DNA from: Candidatus Saccharimonadota bacterium
Lineage (GTDB): Bacteria; Patescibacteriota; Saccharimonadia; Saccharimonadales; Saccharimonadaceae
DNA length: 64,000 bases
Assembly (NCBI GenBank): GCA_017406405.1
Contig: JAFQYO010000011.1
Span: 35,435-99,434 of the forward strand
Reading direction: 5' to 3'
The notes beneath the pieces are model-generated. The model was given only the letters and a program-made list of their open reading frames with translations. It was not told where the DNA came from and did not search any database. Both the position numbers and the translations under genes were made by a program. This document shows, piece by piece, positions 9,061 to 16,732 of this stretch; the first letter of the stretch is position 1; each line of letters begins with the position of its first letter.

Positions 9061-9822
9061 ATGTTCAATCTCAAGAAAAAAGTCGCCGTCGTCACCGGAG
9101 CCAGTTCTGGGCTCGGAAAACAAATGGCTGAAGCTTTCGCGTCTCAAGGCGCTTCGCTTGCTATTTTAGCTCGCCGATTTGACCGTCTCGAAGCTTTCGC
9201 AAAAGAGCTGACCGAAAAATACAAAGTTGAAATCTTGCCCGTAAAATGCGACGTAACCGACACGACTTCTATTAACGAAGCCGCCAAAGCCGTCGAAAAG
9301 AAATTCAAACGTGTCGATATTCTTTTGAACTGCGCCGGCTCCTCAAAAGACAAAGGCGTCCTCGACATGACTGACGAAGAATGGGATTTCACCATCGCGA
9401 CCGACGAAACTTCCGTCTTTAAGATGACCCGCGCTTTCGCCAATATCATGAAAAAACATAACTACGGCCGCATCATTAACATCGCCTCGATGTACGGCCT
9501 CGTCGGCAACACAGAAATCCACACTGTCGCCTACCATTCTTCAAAAGGCGCCGTCGTAAACTTCACTCGCGCCGTCGCCGCCGAACTCGCCACTTCCGGA
9601 ATCACCTGCAACGCTATCTGCCCCGGCTATTTTTACACCGAGCTGACCCAACCCGTCCTCGACACCGACCGCTTCCAAGAATTCGCTAAAACTCACGTCC
9701 CGATGGAACGCTACGGAAAACCCGGCGAACTCAACGCCGCCGCTGTCTTCCTCGCCTCCGAAGAAGCTTCTTATGTTACCGGCGCTATTCTTCCGGTTGA
9801 TGGTGGCTACACTTGCGTCTAA
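9061..9822 (+). CDS. Short-chain dehydrogenase/reductase (gluconate 5-dehydrogenase/FabG-like)
   Basis: TGASSGLG, LNCAG, catalytic YHSSK, VDGG; substrate not determinable. Confidence 0.9.
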   Translation: MFNLKKKVAVVTGASSGLGKQMAEAFASQGASLAILARRFDRLEAFAKELTEKYKVEILPVKCDVTDTTSINEAAKAVEKKFKRVDILLNCAGSSKDKGVLDMTDEEWDFTIATDETSVFKMTRAFANIMKKHNYGRIINIASMYGLVGNTEIHTVAYHSSKGAVVNFTRAVAAELATSGITCNAICPGYFYTELTQPVLDTDRFQEFAKTHVPMERYGKPGELNAAAVFLASEEASYVTGAILPVDGGYTCV

Positions 9823-9852
9823 CCCATCACCCTACTCTTTCTAAACTTCACT

Positions 9853-9882
9853 AAATACCCCCCCTCTAAGGGGGGTATTTTA
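9853..9882. terminator. Bidirectional hairpin terminator
   Basis: AAATACCCCCC-CTCTAA-GGGGGGTATTT between convergent genes. Confidence 0.8.
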
Positions 9883-9897
9883 GCCCCCGTTCTAGCT

Positions 9898-11175
9898 CTA
9901 TTCCTGCCCCGTCAACCACTTCCAGATACGTTCGAAAAGCGTATCTTCGTTTCTCGGCATCTCCGTTTCGATCTCGCCGACCTCAATTTCGGTATCTTCC
10001 GCCTTCTTCGCCCCTTCATAGCTCGGGCTAACTTGTTCCGCAGAAATCAAAAGGCGATATCTGCTCGTCCCAAGCGGCCAACAAGTTACGAGCGTCAACA
10101 TCGGCTTGTCCGTATCTAAAATCAACTTCGACACTTCTGTCGGCTCAATAATCTCGCTCCCCGTCATTTTATAGGTATATCTCACTTCGTTATAATGAAC
10201 ATAGATAATATCGCCCGGCTCAAGCCTCTCAAGCCCCGAGAAAATAAACTTATATTGGTTCGCAGAATAAATATCCCCAGCCGAATGTCCCGTAATCACA
10301 AAATTTCCGATTTCTCCCGGATAAGCGCTCGCACCGTTTATTCGATAGTGCACCACTCCCTCATTCATCTTCGCCATCACATCATCAAGCCCGACCTCAA
10401 AATGAACCGGCACGTCGATATTTAGTTTCGGGATAATCAACCTGTTTTCCGCCGAAACCTTTGTCAAAGTCACCGTCGGGTCAACAGCCGAAATCTCGCT
10501 CGCCGGCTGGTCTCCCGGAGAAACATAAGCCGCAATCGGCGCAAAAATCAACCGGTTGTATTGCAAGAACAGAATCATAAGTACGACCGCTCCCCCAAAC
10601 AAAATCGGCATCACCCATCGTCTTCGCGCAGTTGTCTTTGCGCGTTCAAACGCCTTCTCTCGAATCCTTTCCTTAAACTGCTTTGCGCGAGAAGACGGAA
10701 GCTCCGAATTCTTCTCCCCCTGCGAGCCCGCTGACCCGCTTCCCGAATCAGCCCCAAAACCGCTCGAAAGCCCATTCTTTTTTAAGTTTTCTTCTTCACG
10801 AAGTTTTTTAACTTGTTCTTTCGCGACATACTCCTTTGCCGCGTTCATATAATACTGACTATAGTATTTTTGATAATAATCTTGCCACGCCGTGTGATAT
10901 TTCTTCCACTCTTCGTTCGAAACTTGTCTTAAAACTGGCGTCGCCGAAACCCCGAGCGCGCCCCTTTTCTCGGATTTTTCTAAAATTTCGAGCGCGTGTC
11001 GAACTTCCGAAGATTTCTCGGCAGAATCAAGGTTTTTCCCCTGTTTTTTAATAAAATCAGCCGCTTCCTTCACCTCCTGTTTTTCGTAAGACATCAAAAC
11101 CTTCCGCCGCGCAATTTCTGTCGCCGCTTGACGCTGTTTCTCATCAGAAGAAAGCCCACCAGTCTTAGAATCCAT
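9898..11175 (-). CDS. Sortase with long charged N-terminal extension
   Basis: TM at about residue 190-205; LIIPKLNIDVPV, ITGHS, LTLVTCWP...RYRL. Confidence 0.85.
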   Translation of the reverse strand: MDSKTGGLSSDEKQRQAATEIARRKVLMSYEKQEVKEAADFIKKQGKNLDSAEKSSEVRHALEILEKSEKRGALGVSATPVLRQVSNEEWKKYHTAWQDYYQKYYSQYYMNAAKEYVAKEQVKKLREEENLKKNGLSSGFGADSGSGSAGSQGEKNSELPSSRAKQFKERIREKAFERAKTTARRRWVMPILFGGAVVLMILFLQYNRLIFAPIAAYVSPGDQPASEISAVDPTVTLTKVSAENRLIIPKLNIDVPVHFEVGLDDVMAKMNEGVVHYRINGASAYPGEIGNFVITGHSAGDIYSANQYKFIFSGLERLEPGDIIYVHYNEVRYTYKMTGSEIIEPTEVSKLILDTDKPMLTLVTCWPLGTSRYRLLISAEQVSPSYEGAKKAEDTEIEVGEIETEMPRNEDTLFERIWKWLTGQE

Positions 11176-11231
11176 ATATAGAATTATATCATAGTTTCAT
11201 GTATAATAAAAACATAAAACAAGGAGTTTTT

Positions 11232-11774
11232 ATGTTTGACACCGAAAAATATCAAAAATCCATGGAGGAAGCTCTTGCTCACTTCAAAGACGAACTGAAA
11301 AAAGTCCGCACCGGCCGCGCTCACCCCGATATGCTTTCCGGCGTAAAAGTCGAGGCCTATGGCCAGTGGATGCCTCTAAACCAAGTCGCAAACGTAACCG
11401 TCTCCGGCGCGACTATGCTCCTTGTAACGCCTTATGACCCCGCGACCATCCCTAACATCTCAAATTCCATCCGCTCCGATTCCTCCCTCGGGCTTAATCC
11501 TTCCGACGACGGTCGAGTCGTCCGCGTCCCTATTCCTCCTCTGACTGAGGAAAGAAGAAAAGAAATCGTCAAAACCGCTTCGAAATTCGTCGAAGAGTCG
11601 AAAGTGAAAATCCGCAGCGTTCGCGAAGACGCGAGAAAAGACCTTAAATCCGCCGAGCTCTCCGAAGATGCGAAAAAACGCGCCGAAAAGTCGATTGACG
11701 ACCTCACAAAATCCTTTAACGAAAAAATCGACGCCGAGTTCAAGGAAAAAGAAAAAGAAATCCTCACGATTTAG
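11232..11774 (+). CDS. frr: Ribosome recycling factor
   Basis: RTGRAHP...LNPSDDG...IPPLTEERRKE; start moved to the ATG after AAGGAG. Confidence 0.97.
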   Translation: MFDTEKYQKSMEEALAHFKDELKKVRTGRAHPDMLSGVKVEAYGQWMPLNQVANVTVSGATMLLVTPYDPATIPNISNSIRSDSSLGLNPSDDGRVVRVPIPPLTEERRKEIVKTASKFVEESKVKIRSVREDARKDLKSAELSEDAKKRAEKSIDDLTKSFNEKIDAEFKEKEKEILTI

Positions 11775-11808
11775 TCCACTTTTAAGTTTCTTATGTTAAA
11801 ATAAAACC

Positions 11809-13038
11809 ATGTATATTTTTCTAGGTATCGTTGTGGGGCATTTATGTTTAATGTTTTTGATTGTCGCGCACGAATTCGGCCACTTTCTCATGGCCAGAAA
11901 ATCCGGCGTGACCGTAAAAGAGTTCGGGATCGGTTTTCCGCCTCGTCTTTTTGCCTGGAAACGCGTAAAAAAATCCGGAAAGAAAGGTTGGGAAAAACTC
12001 CCTAAAAAAGACTGGGGGAAAGACGAAGATTCGCTGATTTTTTCCATTAACGCGCTTCCGATTGGTGGCTTTTGTTCGATGGATGGAGAATCCGACGACG
12101 ACGTCCGGAAGGGAACGTTCGGCTCTGTCTCTTATTGGAAAAAGACCAAAATCCTCTTTGGCGGCGTTCTCATGAACTGGCTTGTTGCCTTTTTAATTTT
12201 AACCGTTCTCGCTTGGACTGGCCTCCCTGCTCTCCTAGATAACCAATTCTCCATTAAATCCGACGAACATATAGAAGTCGTCGAACCTGTTACCGTCGCT
12301 GAGGTCCTCGAAAATTCCCCCGCCGAAAAAGCCGGCTTTAAATCCGGCGATATCATCTCCTACGCCGGTTCGACCGCCATTCTCTCGAGCGATGATCTCA
12401 TCTCTTTTAACAACGAGCACGCCGGCAAAACCGTGACCTATGAACTAAAGCGTGCTGAATCTTCGTCCGATAACCCGGTTTATGAGAATCATTATCTTGA
12501 AGTCGCGCTTAACCCCGCGGATTCCGAATATCTCCTCGGAGTGACCATGAACTACGGCTCTGTCAAAACCCGCTATACATGGTCCGCTCCCGTTGTCGGC
12601 GCCGGCCTCACCGTCCAAATCACCGGAGAAACCTTCAAAGGTCTCTGGAACCTGGTCGTAAATCTCGCGACTGGGACCGTTCGCCAAGTCTCGACCGACG
12701 CTTCCGTGCGCCAAGAGGGAAGAGCCCAAATCTCCGAAGCCTCCGAAGGCGTCGCCGGCATCGTTGGAATCATCGGCGGTTATTTCCCGAGCCTCGTCCA
12801 ATCCGGACCTTCTCTCGTTTTCCTCTTTATGGCCGTCATTTCGATTTCTCTCGCTTGTATGAACGTCCTCCCGATTCCTGCGCTTGATGGCGGCCGCTGG
12901 TTAATGATTACTATCGCTCGACTCCGCCGGAAAAAACTCTCGAAAGAAACCGAACAAAGAATCGTCGCAAAAACCTTCGTTTTTCTTCTTATTCTCATGG
13001 CTCTTATTACTGTCCTCGATATAATCCGGCTATTTTAG
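11809..13038 (+). CDS. rseP: Site-2 (M50) intramembrane zinc protease with PDZ domain
   Basis: HEFGH, PIGGF, PDZ (SPAEKAG), NVLPIPALDGG; next to frr. Confidence 0.9.
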   Translation: MYIFLGIVVGHLCLMFLIVAHEFGHFLMARKSGVTVKEFGIGFPPRLFAWKRVKKSGKKGWEKLPKKDWGKDEDSLIFSINALPIGGFCSMDGESDDDVRKGTFGSVSYWKKTKILFGGVLMNWLVAFLILTVLAWTGLPALLDNQFSIKSDEHIEVVEPVTVAEVLENSPAEKAGFKSGDIISYAGSTAILSSDDLISFNNEHAGKTVTYELKRAESSSDNPVYENHYLEVALNPADSEYLLGVTMNYGSVKTRYTWSAPVVGAGLTVQITGETFKGLWNLVVNLATGTVRQVSTDASVRQEGRAQISEASEGVAGIVGIIGGYFPSLVQSGPSLVFLFMAVISISLACMNVLPIPALDGGRWLMITIARLRRKKLSKETEQRIVAKTFVFLLILMALITVLDIIRLF

Positions 13039-13046
13039 GAGGAAAC

Positions 13047-13790
13047 ATGAAAAAAGAAAAAAACCAGTTCGCCTTCCGCGACTTCTTAAAAATTCTTGCT
13101 CTCCCCGCTTGGGCCTTTGTCTCCGTCATAGCCGTCCAATACGCCGTCGTTTATGGGCTCTATTTCCTCCTCGGTCGCGAAGCCTTAGAAACCCCGGTCT
13201 GGATGACCGTTATGAACGCTCTGATTTATTCTCTTTCTCTCTTAGTTATTATCTTCGTTCCAATAAAAGTCTTTGGAAAATGGCGGACCTCCCGCGAAGA
13301 ACTCGGCCTTTCCGGATTGCCGACCTGGACCGACATCGGTCTTGCGCCTGTCGGATTTATCGTCTATTTTATCCTCGCCGCTATCCTCGTCGCGATTTTC
13401 TCAATTTTTCCGTTTTTCGACGCCTCCGAGGCTCAAGATGTCGGCTACCAATTCTTAAACACCGGTCTCGACCGCGCCGTCGCCTTCCTCGCTCTCGTCG
13501 TTATTGCTCCCATCGCCGAAGAAATTATCTTTCGTGGCTGGCTTTACGGAAAACTCCGTTCGAAACTCCCCGGAGAAAAACTCTCCCTTATCGTCTCAAT
13601 CCTAATCACCTCTGTTCTGTTCGCTGTTATGCACGGCCAATGGAATGTCGGCGTCAACGTCTTCACTATGTCGATTGTCCTCTGTCTCCTCCGCGAAATG
13701 AACGGAACAATCTACTCGGGAATTCTCCTTCATATCCTTAAAAACGGTGTTGCTTTTGTTCTTCTCTATATTCTAAACATCGGTTTCTAA
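13047..13790 (+). CDS. CPBP (CAAX/Abi) intramembrane metalloprotease
   Basis: PIAEEIIFRG, FAVMH, ILLH; multi-TM. Confidence 0.9.
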   Translation: MKKEKNQFAFRDFLKILALPAWAFVSVIAVQYAVVYGLYFLLGREALETPVWMTVMNALIYSLSLLVIIFVPIKVFGKWRTSREELGLSGLPTWTDIGLAPVGFIVYFILAAILVAIFSIFPFFDASEAQDVGYQFLNTGLDRAVAFLALVVIAPIAEEIIFRGWLYGKLRSKLPGEKLSLIVSILITSVLFAVMHGQWNVGVNVFTMSIVLCLLREMNGTIYSGILLHILKNGVAFVLLYILNIGF

Positions 13791-13808
13791 ATATGTTATA
13801 ATAACTTC

Positions 13809-15320
13809 ATGACAACATTATCTGATTATCGAAACGAACGTTTAAGAAAACTCGACGAAATAAAATCCCTCGGAATAAATCCCTACCCCGCGAAATCCCG
13901 TCGCGACACAAAAATCTCCGACGTCGTCGAAAAATTCGATTCCTTAAACGGAAAGACCGCGACCGTTGCCGGCCGTATCGTCGCAATTCGTTCCTTCGGT
14001 AAACTCGCCTTCATAAAAATCCGCGACAATTCCGGCGAAGTTCAGATTTTCATGCAGTCTGAAGAACCCTCTAAATCCTCCGAAAAACTGTTCAATACAA
14101 AACGCCTAAAGCTCCTTGATTCTGGCGATTTTATCGAAGCGACCGGTCTCGTCGGAAAATCCTCAACTGGAGAAATCTCTATCTTCTCAAACGCCGTCCG
14201 TCTGCTCGGAAAAGCTCTTCGTCCTCTCCCTGGTCGCGACGGTTTTTCGAACAAAGAAGAACGCTATCGCCGTCGTTACGTCGATATGAACGTAAACCCG
14301 GAAGTCCGCGAACGTCTTATTCGCCGCTCTAAATTCTGGCAAGCGACTCGCGATTTTATGAACTCTCACGGTTTCGTCGAAATAAACACCCCCGTTCTCG
14401 AACACACGACCGGCGGCGCCGACGCGACCCCGTTCGAGACGCATATGTCTGCTCTTGACGAAGATTTTTACCTCCGCATTTCTCACGAACTCCCCTTAAA
14501 ACGCCTTCTCGGCGGCGGTTTCGAAAAAGTCTATGATATCGGCCCCCGTTTCCGAAACGAAGGCGTCGATGACGAACACCTCCCGGAGCATATCGCGTTC
14601 GAGGCATACTCCGCGTACGAAGATTACGAAGACGGTATGAATCTTTACGAAGAAATGATAAAACATGTCGCAAAAGAAACCTGGGGGGCCTTAAAATTCA
14701 ACGTCTCCGGTTTCGAAATCGACCTCGGAAACGGCGGAAAGCCCTGGCCAAGAATAAAATACGCTGACCTCCTAAAAGAAAAATACAACATCGACGTCTT
14801 TAACCCCGACCGCGAAGAACTGAAGCGTATCCTCCTCGAAGAATTCAAAAAGTCCGAGGATAAAAACGACCGCTCCGCAAAGAAATCTCTCGACCATACC
14901 CTCGAAACCGCCTCGACTGAACGCCTTATTGACCATGTCTGGAAACTAATCAGAAAAACCTCCGCCGGGCCTTTCTGGCTAATTGAAGAACCTCTTTCGC
15001 TCTCACCTCTCGCAAAAGTTGTCGAAGAAAACCCGCTCGTGACTCAACGTTTCCACCCCATCATCGCCGGAACAGAAATGGGGAACGGCTATTCCGAGCT
15101 TAATGACCCCCTCGACCAACTCGCCCGTTTTAAAGAACAACAAGCCCTCCGCGACGCAGGCGATTCCGAAGCCCAAATGCTCGACCTCGATTTCGTCGAG
15201 ATGCTTGAATACGGAATGCCTCCCGCTTGCGGCTGGGGAAATAGTGAACGGAATTTTTGGATTCTTGAAGGCGTCTCAGGGCGCGAAGCCGTCCCCTTCC
15301 CAATCATCAAATCCCGCTAG
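13809..15320 (+). CDS. lysS: Lysine--tRNA ligase (class II)
   Basis: OB domain, YRRRYVD, GGADATPF, FRNEG, YGMPP. Confidence 0.98.
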   Translation: MTTLSDYRNERLRKLDEIKSLGINPYPAKSRRDTKISDVVEKFDSLNGKTATVAGRIVAIRSFGKLAFIKIRDNSGEVQIFMQSEEPSKSSEKLFNTKRLKLLDSGDFIEATGLVGKSSTGEISIFSNAVRLLGKALRPLPGRDGFSNKEERYRRRYVDMNVNPEVRERLIRRSKFWQATRDFMNSHGFVEINTPVLEHTTGGADATPFETHMSALDEDFYLRISHELPLKRLLGGGFEKVYDIGPRFRNEGVDDEHLPEHIAFEAYSAYEDYEDGMNLYEEMIKHVAKETWGALKFNVSGFEIDLGNGGKPWPRIKYADLLKEKYNIDVFNPDREELKRILLEEFKKSEDKNDRSAKKSLDHTLETASTERLIDHVWKLIRKTSAGPFWLIEEPLSLSPLAKVVEENPLVTQRFHPIIAGTEMGNGYSELNDPLDQLARFKEQQALRDAGDSEAQMLDLDFVEMLEYGMPPACGWGNSERNFWILEGVSGREAVPFPIIKSR

Positions 15321-15327
15321 TCCTCCA

Positions 15328-15539
15328 CCCGCGACTTCGGCCTCCTCAGCGCTCCATTATCATATGTGAGGAGTGGCCTCTATTACTGGTATTCTGCAGA
15401 GCCTAGCCATCGAGACTCAAATAGTCGCTATTGGACACTTCGCTCTCTTGATACCACAAGCTCAAACACTTCATATTCCCTCTCTTCACGCTTAGCTCCT
15501 CAGTACTACGGTTATCGTGGAGGAGGATTTGCGACGCTC
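15328..15539 (+). other. Cassette U1 (divergent), CLec/FISUMP-like C-terminal fragment without start codon
   Basis: RDFGLLSAPLSYVRSGLYYWYSAEPSHRDSNSRYWTLRS...PQYYGYRGGGFATL; stop-free. Confidence 0.8.
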
Positions 15540-15541
15540 TT

Positions 15542-15753
15542 CCCGCGACTTCGGCCTCCTCAGCGCCCCATTATCGTATGTGAGGAGTGGCAACTACAGC
15601 TGGAGTACCACAAACCTTAATAATAGAAGTTCACGCGGCTACTGCTGGTCATCTCGCTCCGACAACACTGAACACTCCAGCTATCTAACCTTCAACCCAT
15701 CGAACCTACTTCCTCGTTACAATGACTTTCGCGGACTCGGGTTTGCGGTGCGT
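15542..15753 (+). other. Cassette U2 (divergent)
   Basis: RDFGLLSAPLSYVRSGNYSWSTTNLNNRSSRGYCWSSRS...YLTFNPSNLLPRYNDFRGLGFAVR. Confidence 0.85.
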
Positions 15754-15754
15754 T

Positions 15755-15966
15755 CCCGCGACTTCGGCCTTCTCAGCTCCCCATTATCGTATGTGAGAAG
15801 CGGCTACTACGACTGGTACTCTACGGGGCTTAGCTATAGAGGTTCGTACGGCTGCTATTGGTCGCTTCGTTCCGCCAATACTACGGCCTCCTACTACCTG
15901 CGCTTCAACTCATCGTACTTGTACCCTCAGTACGGCGACCGTCGCGGAAACGGGTTTGCGGTGCGC
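15755..15966 (+). other. Cassette U3 (intact VR-like)
   Basis: RDFGLLSSPLSYVRSGYYDWYSTGLSYRGSYGCYWSLRSANTTASYYLRFNSSYLYPQYGDRRGNGFAVR. Confidence 0.9.
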
Positions 15967-16022
15967 AAAAAACTCCTCACCTCCCCAAACCCTCAGCCGT
16001 CTCAACTCTCAAACTCCCTCCA

Positions 16023-16234
16023 CCCGCGACTTCGGCCTCCTCAGCGCCCCATTATCGTATGTGGGGAGTGGCACCTACCACTGGGGCTCTACGGGGCTTA
16101 ACAGCAGAGGTTCGAACGGCTACTATTGGTCGCTTCGTTCCTACAGTAGTACGTACTCTGACTTCCTGAACTTCAACTCGTCGGCCTTCTACCCTCAGGG
16201 CAGCAACAATCGTGGCTACGGGTTTGCGGTGCGA
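16023..16234 (+). other. Cassette U4 (intact VR-like)
   Basis: RDFGLLSAPLSYVGSGTYHWGSTGLNSRGSNGYYWSLRSYSSTYSDFLNFNSSAFYPQGSNNRGYGFAVR. Confidence 0.9.
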
Positions 16235-16245
16235 CACAAGAACCA

Positions 16246-16457
16246 CCCGCGACTACGGCCTTCTTAGCGCCCCATTATCGTATATGAGAAGCGGCGATTA
16301 TAATCAGTCATCTGCAACACCTAGCTATAGAAGTTCACATGGCTATTATTGGACATCTCGTTCTCGTGATGTTGCATATCCATATAATTTAACCTTGCAT
16401 ACGTCATACTTAATTCCTCAGAGTTACAACTATTGCGGAACCGGCTTTGCGGTGTAT
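16246..16457 (+). other. Cassette U5 (divergent)
   Basis: RDYGLLSAPLSYMRSGDYNQSSATPSYRSSHGYYWTSRS...PQSYNYCGTGFAVY. Confidence 0.8.
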
Positions 16458-16458
16458 T

Positions 16459-16670
16459 CCCGCGACTTCGGCCTTCTCAGCTCCCCATTATCGTATGTGA
16501 GGAGTGGAGATTATGCCTGGGACTCTACGGGGCTTGTCAACAGAGGTTCGCGCGGCTACTATTGGTCGCTTCGTTCCGGCAATGCTACGAGCTCCAACGG
16601 CCTGTACTTCTACTCATCAGCCTTGGGCCCTCAGTATAGCAGCGATCGCGGCTACGGGTTTGCGGTGCAT
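16459..16670 (+). other. Cassette U6 (intact VR-like)
   Basis: RDFGLLSSPLSYVRSGDYAWDSTGLVNRGSRGYYWSLRSGNATSSNGLYFYSSALGPQYSSDRGYGFAVH. Confidence 0.9.
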
Positions 16671-16732
16671 AAAATCTCAAAGCCTAAACCTCCCTTTACA
16701 TTTCGCTTAAGCTTATATATAATATATTATAT

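Larger units (their letters stand above)
15328..16670 (+). repeat. Tandem array of six 212-bp DGR variable-region-like cassettes
   Basis: Units start at 15328, 15542, 15755, 16023, 16246 and 16459 with the 50-bp header CCCGCGACTTCGGCCTYCTCAGCKCCCCATTATCGTATGTGAGRAGYGGC, then 54 colinear codons ending GGGTTTGCGGTG+codon; no indels. Confidence 0.95.

Noticed and set aside
15328-16670. CRISPR array (constant 50-bp repeat plus variable spacers)
   Set aside because: The ~160-bp 'spacers' are homologous, codon-aligned copies of each other; lengths are far outside CRISPR norms; no cas genes in the window
15328-16670. Shufflon or invertible C-terminal cassettes
   Set aside because: All six units face the same way, and there is no adjacent site-specific recombinase or upstream constant gene
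15328-16670. One unit being the DGR template repeat
   Set aside because: No unit has AAC/AAT at most variable columns; the A-richest (U2, U4) still carry many substituted codons
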